From Octopus vulgaris (lineage: Eukaryota), in the NCBI GenBank assembly GCA_951406725.2, contig OX597814.1, positions 53,754,001 through 53,818,000 of the forward strand: a stretch of DNA of 64,000 nucleotides, written 5' to 3'. The notes beneath the pieces were generated by a model, which was not told the DNA's origin, did no database searches, and saw only the letters and a program-made list of their open reading frames with translations. This document shows positions 40,293 through 54,496 of this stretch, piece after piece. A program made the position numbers and the translations under genes. The number at the start of each line of letters is the position of its first letter. Positions within the stretch are counted from its first letter, which is position 1.

Positions 40293-40340
40293 TGAATAAG
40301 ACTAGTTTCAATTCTGAGTTGGGATTTCATCAGCAACTAA
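40293..40340 (-). ncRNA. Hammerhead-like motif (intact core, weak stems) downstream of the SNX16 stop, sense to SNX16
   Basis: TTAGTTG-CTGATGA-AATCC-CAACTCA-GAATT-GAAA-CTAG-TC-TTATTCA; palindromic stem III ACTAGT, GUC triplet. Confidence 0.5.
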
Positions 40341-40810
40341 ATACCTTCTTTAACTGTACACCAAGACACAGCTTATAAACCTTATTATTATTAAGAGCTT
40401 AAGTAAATCAGATAGACTAATTTGCATATATAAAGTGCTTTCACACAGTTTCTGTTTACCAAAGCAGGAAAGTACCACATAATAAGAATGAACCCAGATC
40501 CATCATCAATATCATCATCATCATTTAATGTCCGCTTTCCATGCTGACATGGGTTGGATGGTTTGTGGTTTCTTAATCACACATTTTTCAACTTTTTAAT
40601 TAATTTTTTTATTCTTTTACTTGTTTCAGTCAGTTGATTGCGGCCATGCTGGGCACCACCTTGAATCGACCTCAAGACTTATTTTTTAAGTCTACTACTT
40701 ATTCTATCAGTCTCTTTTGCCAAACTGTTAAGTTATGGGAATGTAAACACACCAACACCAGTTGTCAAGCAGTGATGTGGGGAAAATCGCAGACACAAAG
40801 ACACAGACAG

Positions 40811-40848
<38 letters not shown>

Positions 40849-41228
40849 GGCTTCTTTAAGTTTCCATGTACCAAATCCACTCACAAGGCTTTGGTCAGCC
40901 CAAGGCTATAGAAGGCACTTCCCCAAGGTGCCATGCAGTATGACTGAACCCAGAACCATGTGGTTGGGAAGCAAGCTTCTTACCACACAGCCACACCTGT
41001 GCATATCTGTGGACAGACAAATTACATATCTAGCAGTGACATAATAACCTATACTGTAGTAGCATGACAGCAGAATTAATATCATACAGCCTTTGGTTGT
41101 AGATTAACTATTTTAGATAAGAGAGCTGGTTTTATTGCAGTACTGATTTGATCAATTCATCAGTTTTAAACTTCAGATATTAAACTTGTACAATACAACT
41201 AAATGGATGATAAAATTAATACTTACAG

Positions 41229-41370
41229 TCATTGGGTGTTTGACTCAACTGGTTCCTCAAAACTATTCTGGTCAACTTCTGGACATTCATTCAGAAAATG
41301 GTTACTGCTGCTATCGGGTCGACTGTGGGGAGTTAACTCAAAGTCACAAGATTTACTATTTATGTGTAGC
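41229..41370 (-). CDS. SNX16: SNX16 probable last coding exon (acidic/Ser-rich tail)
   Basis: ttttggtttag acceptor in the matching phase (AA+G = Lys); open reading (K)[49 protein letters not shown]. Confidence 0.75.
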
Positions 41371-44300
41371 CTAAACCAAAAATAATGCACAAACAATTTA
41401 TTACTAATTATCTTTTTATCAAGGTAATTGCTGAACACAACACAAGGCCAGTACTTACTTATCAAATTTCTTTAAGTCTTCAATTTGTGATTTACACAAA
41501 TTCAACTCAGCTTTTAGTAAATCAATCTCATGCTCCTTATCTTTTAGTTCCTTTTTTAGGTTGTACGTTTGCTCTTCAAGAGACTCGCACAAGGCCTTCA
41601 ATGAAAGATAAAACATATATGCCTGAATTAATGTACATAAACACAATAGAATGCACACACATAAACACTCGAACATCTATATACACGCATATGTACATAC
41701 ATATGTACACACACACACACATGTAGATGTAAGACTAGTTCTCAGATAGACTCAAAGCAGACCTTGAAGTGTAAGGGGACGTCACTGATGAGGTTGCGAA
41801 TAGCAACAAAAGGAATCCGACAGAGAAAACTAACAACCAATTGATTATTCAATCAACACATTAAACAAACCATTGGATAGTTAGTTGGTAAAATAAAGAA
41901 GTGGTACTGAGCCAGTGCATGTGTTTGTTTAGATTTTTATTAGCAGAATGACCCTCCATAAACACATTAAGAAATTCACTGCATATTAAAACATGTATTG
42001 ACTAAATTTACTATGTTGGTAATACAACAATGTTCTACCAATTATGTTGATAAAAAATATATTGATTATATAATAGATTTAAAGCAAGAGATATAAATTA
42101 TAAACAATAACAATAGATGTATACAAAAATATATACATATATAAAGAAGTGAGAGAGAGAAACAGGTATAAAAAGCAGACAAATAGGAAACAAAGTAGGC
42201 AACAAAAAAGGTGGAGAGAAACAACTACAAAGGAAAGAGGTCATTGATAGACAAGTGAATAGGATAACCCATCAAACCCCTCATTGACTGAGGACATCAT
42301 ACCAAAAGAATTTGGCTGAAAAGATCAATTAGATAGCATGCTAAATTACATAAAGCTAATCAAACTACACAATGATTACTTCAAACTTCCGTCTAAATGT
42401 TCTAAATAGCTCCTATTCACATATACAAAAAGCATGTTATCTTTCTGACATCTTTCCCCTTCCCAACCTAACTAGAACCTCTTATCACCAAGCTTCCCAG
42501 GTGCACAAATTCAATTACAAGACACAATGCCAAAATCTAACGTTGTCATAACGTGAGTGACAGGAAAATGAAACAGACACTTGCTCTGATAGAGGCAATG
42601 AATTTGTGGTTTACCTTCCTGATCTACTTGAAGACAATTCTGCTTACCTCAAGCTATATGTCTAAGTGAGAAACTATTAACTTTTTGACATATAAACTTA
42701 TTCATTTCCATATAATTACTACTTTTATAAATCTACCCAAGACAAATGTATATTTTGACTAGCTTTCATGGCACCACTATCTTTTAGCCATTTTAAAAAT
42801 ACTCAGTTATGTAAACATAATAATCTTTTCTACTATAAGCACAAGGTCTAAAATTTTGAGTGGTGGGGTTAGTTGATCACAAGTGGTACTTATTGATTGA
42901 CCCATAAAAGGATGAAAGGCAAAGTCAGCCTCAACAGAATTTGAACTCTGAATATGAAGGGTTAGAGGAGATTCTGCTAAGCATTTTGTCTGATGTGCTA
43001 ATGATTCAGCTAGCTCACAGCCTTATGTAAACATAATAATGACTGTAACATTTTAGGAAGACTATGTGCAAGATTTTGTCTTCCTATCTTACCACTGGAC
43101 ATAGACGGGTTATGATTACTGAGAAAGACTTAGAGAATAAACTCTGAAACCAAATCCTGTGTTGGAGTTGCTAAAGTAACCTGGTACTATTTACATTGTG
43201 GTTCTAACTTCTACAGCAACACTGGTGTCAAGCTGTATTGTCATTTTCCCTTGCCTTGGACAACACTATTTGCTTGCTCAATACTATTCTGTTTGGGTCT
43301 GCACTTTAGTTAGCATAGTCTTGAAACTTCTATCGCTACTATCAAAAGAGTAAAGCATAAGTCCACACCAAAAGCATAATTTTATATTTTGAACTTGAAC
43401 ATGTTTTAGACCATATCAACCAGAACCTTGATCCAGCAATTTACAACCCAAAACTAAAGAAATAATATTCAAACAGTCATCCTCCACACTTTTTATATGG
43501 AATTTCATTATTGAGTTATATTCCATAGTCCTCACTAGGATGAAGCAACGCTGGACAAACATATTTGTACACTTTTATCACTTCCAGATGATCAGAAACA
43601 CATACTCAGACAGTTGATTTTAACAATCTTAGAACATAGAACAGTTCTTTTGATTACATTATCTCAAAATAAAACTACATATGCTGATGGATCTCTCTCT
43701 GAGTCATCATTTATCAAGTAAGATGTGCTACAAAGTCCAATTTGGCCCACTACACCCTTCCTCCCTTTCATCAATGATCCACTTGCCATCACTTCAAACA
43801 ACAATCAAGCAAGTACTACTCTTCACTCCTCTCTAATGTTCCACATTTAAGTATCATTCATAAGCAACCTAGGAATGTCACGCTTAAATTTCCACTATGT
43901 CCATAGAGAGGTACCTCAAAAATATTCTCCAGCAGGTTTGCATCAATCTTGTTTTCTTCAAAAGCACAAAGACACAATCACTACAAATATCAAAAAACTA
44001 TTATACTGTAACCCACCACCACCATCTCCATAGATATTAACCTAGATCTCTCAAAATAGATTGCTATTAACCTCTTCACTGATATCTTTTCTTGTGATGT
44101 ACATCCCCAAAATTGTATCTCAAAGGGCATCTCTCTCTTCTGAACAAGAAAAAAATTCACACCCTGACAATACTACTTCTCAAGAAAGCTCAAATGAGAC
44201 TTACAGTGATGTACTGTTCCCACATTTGAGACAATACAAATATGTACTAATACAAATACAGGCATCACTAACATACTCCAACTTCTGGCCAACAGATGTG

Positions 44301-46086
44301 TTGTCTCCTCACTCTACCTTTTCTACCTTTGCTTCAGCTAACTGGTTTCATGCCACTTCCAATAATGCCCTCTTGACTCACTCATTTCTCCTCTCCTCTT
44401 CTTTCACATTGTTTCTACCTACAAAATTCTTAGGCAGTATATCGTTAAATATGGAGTAAAACAATACAATGTGAGAGAAAATGACAGAAAATTAAATACA
44501 TAATATATAAAAGAAAATATTTAACACAAGATTCTACAAATGAATTTTGCTGACAATTTAAATTCTAACTTACCCGGCTTTCTTCAAGACTGTCATGTGG
44601 CCCAGGAGGGTCGTCAAAACAAAAGAATTCTCTGACAGGTGCACTGTAAACAACAGAGAAAGAATGTCAATAATATTTCTCAGAATAACAATAAAGATTT
44701 TTCATTCTTCATTCGTTTTAATGTCCATTTTTTTCCAAGCTGGCAGATGCTAGAAAATATGTAATAGAAACATTGTTTTACAGTTGAATGCCCTGTCACT
44801 ATCCCTCACCAATTCTCTCTTCCTCCCTCTCTCTCACTCTAGTAAAGAATAACTTATTCCACATGTCTTCAAATGTGCAAAGCCAGCAGGTATTATGGCT
44901 TAGTCAGTCTGCAGTTTCAAAGACCTTTGAAACAAAGATTTTCCTTACTTGAAAAACAAGTAAGTGTTGGCAACAGGAAGAGCCTCTGGTTGTAAAATCT
45001 TTCATCAAATAAACCTCTGTTGAAATCCATGCTATCATGGAAAATCAGATATAAAATGAATAAATGTGCATGTGCTTATACATACCCAGAGACAGATAGA
45101 TGGATGTATAGACAGACAGGCACAGATAACTGGGTGGATAGATGGACACAGATATATAAATATATATATATAAATTTAGAGCTAGTAAAATAAACAGACT
45201 GAAATAATGATGGGTACAAATACATATAAATTAACAAGGACTAGGAACTTTTTTTTTTAACATTGAACACTTATCTATATAATTAATTTGTGGTTAGATC
45301 CCTAGTTCTTACTTTAGTTTAATTAGTAAACAAATTGGTGTAAATGATTCAACATGCCCTGGAATATATAACCCAATTATCACATTGGAAAGTTGGATAT
45401 TTCACTTACCATTCACAAAGGATTTTATTCCTAAGAATTTTGTTGATGAAATCCTGTAAACCTCGTTGTCTGTCTTCAAGGAAGTGACGATCAAAGTTGT
45501 CTCCAAACCATCGTTTTGGTGGAAGAGGTATTAAAAATGTAGGAGATATATTTTTCAGCTGAAGAAAGTAGAAAATACATAAAAATGTTTATTTACTATA
45601 CAAAAGCATTCATTAGGAACATTTCTCACACTCTCCTCCTACCAATAACACCAGTTAGACTAATCATCTCACAAAGATAACCTTAATGTTAAATATGGCC
45701 AGTTTAAAGGAAACTTCTAATATGAAATCATTCTAAACAGTTGTTAACTCACTCAGTAAATATTTCTTTCGTTATTTTATCACAGTCTTAATCTCTCTCT
45801 TTTAAACAAACTCAATGGTAGTCCAACCCTTACATAGTCGCTTATTATGCTAGAAATAGCAGGGATCACATGAGTATATTTTCAGGCTTATAGCATACCA
45901 AATAGCCATACCACTAAATTTACCTCTGATATTTTGCTTTTTCCAAATTATGCTGGTGGTTTCAGATTTCCCCAACCCCACTCAACAGACCTCCAGGTAA
46001 CTTGAAGTAAATTTCATCCTACCCTTATGATTTCAAATTACCAGCTCAAATCTTTTCCCAAATGTTTATCACCTTGGTAGCAAATA

Positions 46087-46139
<53 letters not shown>

Positions 46140-47194
46140 TTTGTTTTAGGTACACAAGTCATAGAGAAAAAGTTTTGAGTTAAAGTTGGAAAAATTGCAA
46201 TTTAAAGTGTGCATTTAATAATAATTGTGTAGGAAAATATTTTACTTTGCATATAAATATATCTAACTTGCATTTAATGAATATGTGTATAAATATATTT
46301 TGTTTTGTAAAATATATAACGCCATTGCTGGAAAAAATATATTATGGTTGCAAATCATCTAAACCAAATCAGTTTGTTATTTAGAGAGAAAAAATGACTT
46401 TATTTTCTAAAAAAATTGCAGATTCAGAATCTCTGTTGTTCAAAGCGTTTTTTAAAGGCATCATAAAAATGTTAGATGTACAAAACAAATAAAAATTCTA
46501 AGAATTACATTCACAGCAAATGTAGTATAGACATAGTAAAGAAATAAAAATGATGTATAAACATAGTGTACCAACAAAAAGAGTCAACTATGTTAGTCTT
46601 CAAACAATACATTAGACGCATTAGAAATAATAGTCTTGACTAGACTCGTAACATCCCCATAACAAAACAGCAAATTATTAAGAACTCAAAACATCACACT
46701 TTGCATCACTATAAGTTTCATATACCATCTACACAATCGATATGCTATCTACACAATCAAGCAGACATACAAAAAACATAAAAGGCTACATAATGAGCAC
46801 ATTTTGCTGTAAAAGTACCTACCACATCTCTAAACAGACAGACATATCTACAGCACCATCCTATAAACACTTGCCCCTCCTGTTCAGTCCAGATGAACAT
46901 AAAAACATAGGAACACAAAAATAGCTGCAGCATCAATAGCCTCATTAGCACAACCAAACACTGGACTAGGATGCATACCACCGATGAGATGTGCAGAGAA
47001 ACTGAAACTGTCATACTCTACTTTGCTCATCTTTTCTGTGTCCATCACCAGGTTTTACAAGCAAACAGAGCCAATAAAATAGATTTTATGTGGTTACTCA
47101 ACATGTTAGAAGAGCAGTCAAACCTCCTTCAAATTACCTCCTGCTGACTTAAAAAGGGAATGACAAATTAGATAATACAGTCTCAGAGATACTA

Positions 47195-47232
<38 letters not shown>

Positions 47233-50200
47233 TATATATATTCCGTGCTGGTGGGCACGTAAAAAGCACCATTTGAGTGTGATCGTTACCAGCGTCACCT
47301 TACTGGCACGTGAGCAAAACATTCGAGTGAGGTCATTGCCAGTGCCGCTGGACTGACTCCTGTGCAGGTGGCACGTAAAAAACACCATTTCGAATGTGGC
47401 CGTTGCCAGTACCGCCAGACTGGCCCTCGTGCCAGTGGCACATAAAAGCACCCACTACACTCTTGGAGTGGTTGGCGTTAGGAAGGGCATCCAGCTGTAG
47501 AAACTCTGCCAGATCAAGATTGGAGCCTGGCGCAGCCATCTGGTTCGCCAGTCCTCAGTCAAATCGTCCAACCATGCTAGTATGGAAATGGACGTTAAAT
47601 GTAGATCAACTAAATCCACCATCTTCCTTCTTACAGCAACATCAAATACAACCAGTTATCAAACACAACATAAACACCATACAAAACAAATAAAAATTCT
47701 AAGAATTACATTCACAGCAAATGTAGAAGACATAGTAAAGAAATAAAAATGATGTATAAACATAGTGTACCAACAAAAAGAGTCAACTATGTTAGTCTTC
47801 AAACAATACATTAGACCCATTAGAAATAATAGTCTTGACTAGACTCGTAACATCCCCATAACAAAACAGCAAATTATTAAGAACTCAAAACATCACACTT
47901 TGCATCACTATAAGTTTCATATACCATCTACACAATCGATATGCTATCTACACAATCAAGCAGACATACAAAAAACATAAAAGGCTACATAATGAGCACA
48001 TTTTGCTGTAAAAGTACCTACCACATCTCTAAACAGACAGACATATCTACAGCACCATCCTATAAACACTTGCCCCTCCTGTTCAGTCCAGATGAACATA
48101 AAAACATAGGAACACAAAAATAGCTGCAGCATCAATAGCCTCATTAGCACAACCAAACACTGGACTAGGATGCATACCACCGATGAGATGTGCAGAGAAA
48201 CTGAAACTGTCATACTCTACTTTGCTCATCTTTTCTGTGTCCATCACCAGGTTTTACAAGCAAACAGAGCCAATAAAATAGATTTTATGTGGTTACTCAA
48301 CATGTTAGAAGAGCAGTCAAACCTCCTTCAAATTACCTCCTGCTGACTTAAAAAGGGAATGACAAATTAGATAATACAGTCTCAGAGATACTACCTATAT
48401 ATATATATATATAAATATATATATATTCCGTGCTGGTGGGCACGTAAAAAGCACCATTTGAGTGTGATCGTTACCAGCGTCACCTTACTGGCACGTGAGC
48501 AAAACATTCGAGTGAGGTCATTGCCAGTGCCGCTGGACTGACTCCTGTGCAGGTGGCACGTAAAAAACACCATTTCGAATGTGGCCGTTGCCAGTACCGC
48601 CAGACTGGCCCTCGTGCCAGTGGCACATAAAAGCACCCACTACACTCTTGGAGTAGTTGGCGTTAGGAAGGGCATCCAGCTGTAGAAACTCTGCCAGATC
48701 AAGATTGGAGCCTGGCGCAGCCATCTGGTTCGCCAGTCCTCAGTCAAATCGTCCAACCATGCTAGTATGGAAATGGACGTTAAATGATGATGATGATATA
48801 TATATATATATATATATACAGACAGAATGATGATGGGTGAAATGCTTCTGATCAGAGTTTTGCTTGATCATGGATGACCTGGGGCTAAACAACAATAACA
48901 AGAATATAGAAATAAATTGGAAAGAGTGCATATCTAGTCTAAACACTACATGTTGGAGTGTGCAAGTTGTCAGCAAAACATAGGCATCATATATGTATAT
49001 CAATGGGCTGCACCTACTTTTTAACTATCTGCATATCATGCAACTCAATCAGAGCTGATATGGGGCCTTACAATAATTAATTGTATTACAAGCAGGTACT
49101 ATAATGAATGATTTTTTTTTTAGAAAATATACTTATCACAGATCACTAGCATTCATAATGCCAATAAGCTCTGTATTCAGCTGCATTATGATGGATTGGT
49201 TAATATCTCAATAGTAAGAGTGTCAGATAACATTAAAAAATTTTCCGGGTACATCCAACAGATAGAGGCATTTAGACTTGTGCAAAGATAATACAAGGTA
49301 ATGCCTACACCAAATCCAAAATTATAATCCAAGGGTAGTTAATCCACTACCTTTATCTATTTAGTTATTTTGGCTCTTTATTAGTGTAAATGTATAAGGG
49401 TGGCAAAATGAGTATTATGTGATTGAAACATGAAGTATAAGGGTGGGATTAAATTGAAATTTCATCATTGTTCTCATGTAAGTCATTTAGATTTTTAGCT
49501 TTATTTTCAGTCTTTTTTGTTCCCAGTTCAGACCAGATAAGATCTATAGAGTTTATAAAAATATAAAATTCTATTTTAAGGAAGGAGTTTCATTGTTTTT
49601 AGATATGGGTAAAAATAAGCACTAACTTGAGTGATATCTAAAGCAAGAAAGATATTGAAAATTCAAAACAAACATGCACAAACCCAATTTAAATATTCTT
49701 TTCTACTCTAGGCACAATTTTTTTTTTGGGGGGGGGGGCAGTCGATTAGATCAACTCCAATACACAACTGGTACTTAATTTATCGGGCCCCAAAAGGATG
49801 AAAGGCAAAGTCAACCTCGGCAGAATTTGAACTCAGAACATAAAGATAGACGAAAAACTGCTAAGCATTTCACCCAACATGCTAATGTTTCTGCCAGCTC
49901 GCTACCTTACAATTCACAAAATATTGTGTTACAATGTGAATTGGAATAAGCTTGCTTAGTTATTCCAGTTGAGAGAAGAAAATGAAGAAAATATAAAGAA
50001 TCAAGAGAACTTCATTATAGCTGTTGATCTGCTGAAAGTAGCATCCAAATTACCCTCAGGAAAATCCATTCTTTCTTTAAAGTGGTAAACCACTGACAAC
50101 TAATTAGAAAAGATTTCTACATCTTAAATACAAATTTAACTTTTCTTTAATCTCTGTGCCACAGCAAAACTGACTTTGGTTAATAATAATGATAAATTTT

Positions 50201-53200
50201 TTTTTCTGCAATAGGCACAAGGCCTAAAATGTAGTCAGGAGAAAATCAATTACATCAGCCTCAGTACTTGACTGGTTCTTATTTTATCAACCCCAAAAGG
50301 ATGAAAGGCAAAGTTAACCTTAGTGGAATTTGAGACCAAAACAGAAACACAGTCAAAATGCCATTAAGCATTTTGCCCAGCATGCTAACAATTCTGCCAA
50401 CTCACCACTTTTGACCAATAATAATAATGATGATGATTTCTTGCAAGACACCAGGCCAATTTTAAAAGGAAAGAGGCAGTTTGACTGAATAAATCCATGA
50501 TACATAGTTTATCAGCTTTGAAGTAAAAAAAGACAGTGACAACCCTGTATTTTGTGTTTATCTAAAGAACACAGAGGTACATTTAGCATCACAGTTATGA
50601 TACTATCAAAATTATAGATTATCAAAGCATAAAGTTGTTTTTGTAAAGGACAAGATATAATAAATTGAACTGACTGCATTACTACTATATATTTTGTTAC
50701 TGGTATTTTGTATTATCAACTCTGGTGGAATGTAAAGCAAAGCTGACCATGGTAAAATTAAAGGAGGAGGAATGGAAGGTAAAATTGAACACAGGAAAAA
50801 TTTAAGAGAGAGATGTAGTGGGAATATTCAGCACTCAGATCACTACACCCATGTTGTGATTTGCTAGAATATTACCCATATGATCAACGAAATCTGACCA
50901 GTCATGACTTTGCATGGAAGAGGCTCCAGCAATGATTTCATCTTTTGGCATGCTTCTTTCTGAGCCTAACCATCAAAATAAATTTGGCATACCTTGACTA
51001 TTTGATAGAGAGCTTAGAGAAGCACTGAGAGACAGTAGGGATAAGACAGCAGATGGACAGTGAACAGACACAGACAGCTGGCAACAACCACCATCAGTGG
51101 CAACAACACAATGACCAGCAGCTAACTTTTTGACAGCCTTTACAATTACACTAAGAACAATAACATTCAAACTCTCTCAGTACAAAAAGAATAAAATCAT
51201 GTTTGTCAAAAATTGCAACAGATTCTGTGTTCTTCTTTGCACAACTGGTGATCCCCAACGCAAGAAATAGCAGTCAGCACTCATAACATAGAGGAATGAA
51301 ACTAAACTGTCATGAAATAAATAAAACTAAATATATTTAATGTGGTACTTTACTGTCTTAAACCTTATCTGGCATTCCCATCAACTTTATAACAACTACA
51401 AATGGTAAATTTATTAATTTTGTAAAAGCAGGGATTTTCTGTGGGTTATATTAACTTGATAGCTGATTAGTAAGATAAAATTATTCATTTTGTGAAAAAT
51501 AATAAATCCAAGAAAGGTAAAAAGCAAAACTGTTTGAAGCTGGGTAAAACTGTTGAGGAAAAGTAACAATGAAGGAAAGTAGGTGTCATTAAGAAACTAG
51601 GTGCATTTTAATGAAACCAAATAGGATGACAATCTTACCTGAAGTTGAATAATCTGCAAATAGGGAGAGTTTAACAATGTGATAACAAAAATATGATATT
51701 GATACTAGCTTGGAGTTGGACATGTACAGTATATGTACAAAACACATGTATAGAATCTACTACATATGTGGAAAATCAGTGTCTGTTTGTTTGTGGCAGT
51801 GTTTGCTAACTCCTCCTACATCGTTTTATTGATTTTGATGAAACTTGACACATGAGTGGAACTCCTGTCTGGAAACCTCATGACATACTTAGATTGTTGA
51901 AAAAATAATACGGCCTATGGAAGGGACCTTTACATCTACCTCATATAACTAATTAAAAAAAAAATACCCATAGCACCTGTACAATATTTTTTAAACACTC
52001 AAGGAAAATAACCCATTTCATTGTTTATGTTCAATTAATTTGAATATTGATTTTTTGTGTCCAATTTCTAATTTTTGCAGACAATATCACTTTTATACTT
52101 TATTTGATAGGCGACATACTTAGACCTCATGACATACTTAGATTGTTGAAAAAAAAAAATCGATAATAGGGCCCTTCCAATGGATCCTTCTATCTACTAC
52201 ATATTACTAATATTTTATTTAAACAACCCAAGGGAAATAACCCATATCACCTGCAGATTTTAGCAAAGTGATCAATATTTGATTCTCATGATCAGCCAAC
52301 ATAATTCTTCATTTCACTACTCAGTTTTGAACTGCTAAGCATTATTATTGCACTTCCTTAATTTGAATCTTAAACATTAAAGACTTTATTTATACATTTC
52401 TATACATACATACTTTTTTGAATGCCCATTACTCCGATAATTCTGCATTTTTACAGTTATACTTTTTCCATGACAGTAAATAAATTTTTTATTCTACAAT
52501 GTATTTGTAATGGCTTCATGCAGGCATAGCATGGATTCAATCCTCGATTGCCAAATTACACTTAACACTTCAACAGTATTTTTCTCACAGTAAAACAATA
52601 GTTTGTCTGTGAATGACAGCAGTTATCCATTTCCCAGATGCCTTCGCTAAGCAGAATAATGTCTTTGCCTCTCACCAACCTCTGACAATCTTCCTTGCCA
52701 ACCTCCAAAAACCTCTCGCCAACCTCCAGCTGACAATCTTTTGTACTTTTTTGCAGCAGAAAATACAACTTTTGTGGCAGTTATAATGAAATTGCTTTCT
52801 TATATCAGAGTAATAAGGCACTTCAATAGAATATCTTTACCCCCACAATTTACCAGGTACACCAGCTAGTATATACAAATACAGAACATGTACTGTACAA
52901 ATTGCGTGAAGGTGAACATGTACATTATTAATAACTTAGAAGTGAACATGTGCAGAGCAGTACAGCACAGATAATTTGAATGTGATACAGGACTTTGATG
53001 TGGATATATACAGTAGTGCTAACTTAGAGGTGGACACTGTACACTATATGTAGCTTGAAGGTGAATGTGTACAGTAGACGTAGCCAGAAAGTGGTAATTG
53101 GCCAGAGGCAAACAACAATAAAATAAGCATTAGATGGAATAAGCATAAAACAGGTGATTTTATATGATCATATATAACATAGATGTCCTAAAAGTAGATG

Positions 53201-54496
53201 TGTAATATTGATTTCAAATTTTGGCACAAGGCCAGCAATTTCGGGGGAGGGATAAAGTCAATTACACAGGCTCCAGTGTTCAACTGGTACTTATTTTATT
53301 GACCCCAAGAGAATGAAATGCAAAGTTGACCTTGAAAATGTATAATATTGATGATCTGGAAGTGAAAGCTTGTTTTAAACAGAATTGTTTCCTCCACAAG
53401 AAAACTATAGTTATTCAATATACCTTCCAAAGAAAAATCACTATTCCTTTTATAATGCAACTTTTCTATTCAGCTATTGTTGTACCATATTAAGGATCCT
53501 ACAAACATATCACTGTTGGCTTATCTATGCTAATTGTTGACCTACTCGTCCATGTTGGCCAATTGCAGATTAAACAGATCAGATGCTCCTACATTTGAGT
53601 GATTACCCCCAGATATTGGCACCAAAACAGAATTTGAATTCAGAACACTAAGAACCAAAGTAGAAGCCACTAGGCATTTTGTTACTTTCTCAAACAACTC
53701 CTCCAAATCACAATCCTTGACAGATATCCCCAATAGGATAAAAGGGTAAATTGACCTTGGTAGAGTTTGAACTCAGGGCACAGAGTGGTCGAACAAATAC
53801 CACAAGGCATTCTATCTGACACTGTAATGATTCAGCCTAATCACTGCCAGTGAGAAATGATATTTGATGAATGAGAACAGAAGGGAGATATAAGTTTCTC
53901 TCTACTTCAATGTTAAGTTGAAAAGCAGGATGTCAGTTTTGGAAAACATACTTCAGACAACATTACTTTACTAAAAGAAATATCTTTACTAAATATTCTG
54001 TAACCATTGTTTATAATAGTATTTGGTTTCTGACTTATTTTGTTAGTTTATAAGAATCCTTTTTTTCTTTCTACAGGGATTTTAATTTACAACTTAGATA
54101 GAAAACATTTTTATGAAGAAAAGGGTGAATTAATAATTTCTTTGAGAGTAAAAATAGATTTACTTTTTAAATACAGTGAAATTTAGAGGATATTTTGGGA
54201 ATTTAGATATATCATTTAAACTCTAAGTGTACTTGTTTTAAAGAAAATTTTATAAATTAATGAAGAATAAAATTAAGAAAGCATGTTTTGACATTTGGGT
54301 AAAGACATGAATAAAATTTAGATGTCTAGTGTTAGAGTTGTTTAGTTGTTTTAGAGATATCTACAAGTTTAACTTGATGAGTGCTTTAATTTAGGTTATC
54401 AAGCCTTACCTTATCTGATAACTGAACAAAATCTGTGTAACGTCGAAAAACAAACCAGGAGTCATGAGGCGAATGGATAACTTGCAGTTTAAATAC
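41229..54496 (-). CDS. SNX16: Sorting nexin-16, 3' part: complement(join(41229-41370,41459-41595,44574-44643,45410-45558,54410-54496)), 194 aa; 5' exons not found in the window
   Basis: Spliced translation [130 protein letters not shown]... PX motifs RRYTDF and LPPKRWF plus the SNX16-typical DDPPGPxDSLEESR and coiled coil. GT-AG introns with consistent phases (0,2,0,2). Confidence 0.95.
41459..41595 (-). CDS. SNX16: SNX16 exon (coiled coil)
   Basis: tttcattgaag acceptor, AA|gtaagt donor, 137 nt. Confidence 0.92.
42825..43022 (-). mobile_element. Family-A SINE with 18-bp target-site duplication
   Basis: TSD TTATGTAAACATAATAAT at 42807-42824 and 43023-43040. Confidence 0.88.
43100..44430 (+). 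mobile_element. Highly decayed LINE reverse-transcriptase remnant
   Basis: Around 43740-43785 the sequence resembles a frameshifted GPxLFLxFIND RT motif. Confidence 0.4.
44574..44643 (-). CDS. SNX16: SNX16 exon ([14 protein letters not shown])
   Basis: gtttacag acceptor, CGG|gtaagt donor, 70 nt. Confidence 0.95.
45410..45558 (-). CDS. SNX16: SNX16 exon (PX domain, [11 protein letters not shown])
   Basis: tttcttcag acceptor, TG|gtaagt donor, 149 nt. Confidence 0.95.
46479..48786. repeat. Near-identical tandem duplication (46479-47601 and 47680-48786) in an SNX16 intron
   Basis: Identical ORFs at 46742/47941 and 46757/47956; differences seen are a few substitutions, a 2-nt indel and (TA)n length. 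Confidence 0.95.
51756..52869 (+). mobile_element. Non-autonomous Helitron
   Basis: A|TCTACTAC 5' end and CTAG|T 3' end with a degenerate subterminal hairpin; internal duplication (ACCTCATGACATACTTAGATTGTTGAAAA twice); interrupts a degenerate ACATGTAC-containing repeat. Confidence 0.7.
54410..54496 (-). CDS. SNX16: SNX16 exon (PX domain, RRYTDF)
   Basis: cttttcag acceptor, AAG|gtaagg donor, 87 nt. Confidence 0.95.

Noticed and set aside
41781-41821. Hammerhead-like motif CTGATGA-G-GTTGC-GAATA-GCAAC-AAAA
   Set aside because: G12 is mutated and stem III cannot form; kept only as a decayed relative, not called as a ribozyme
42284-42332. CTGAGGA...CCAAA/TTTGG...GAAA
   Set aside because: Stems I and III do not pair; probably chance
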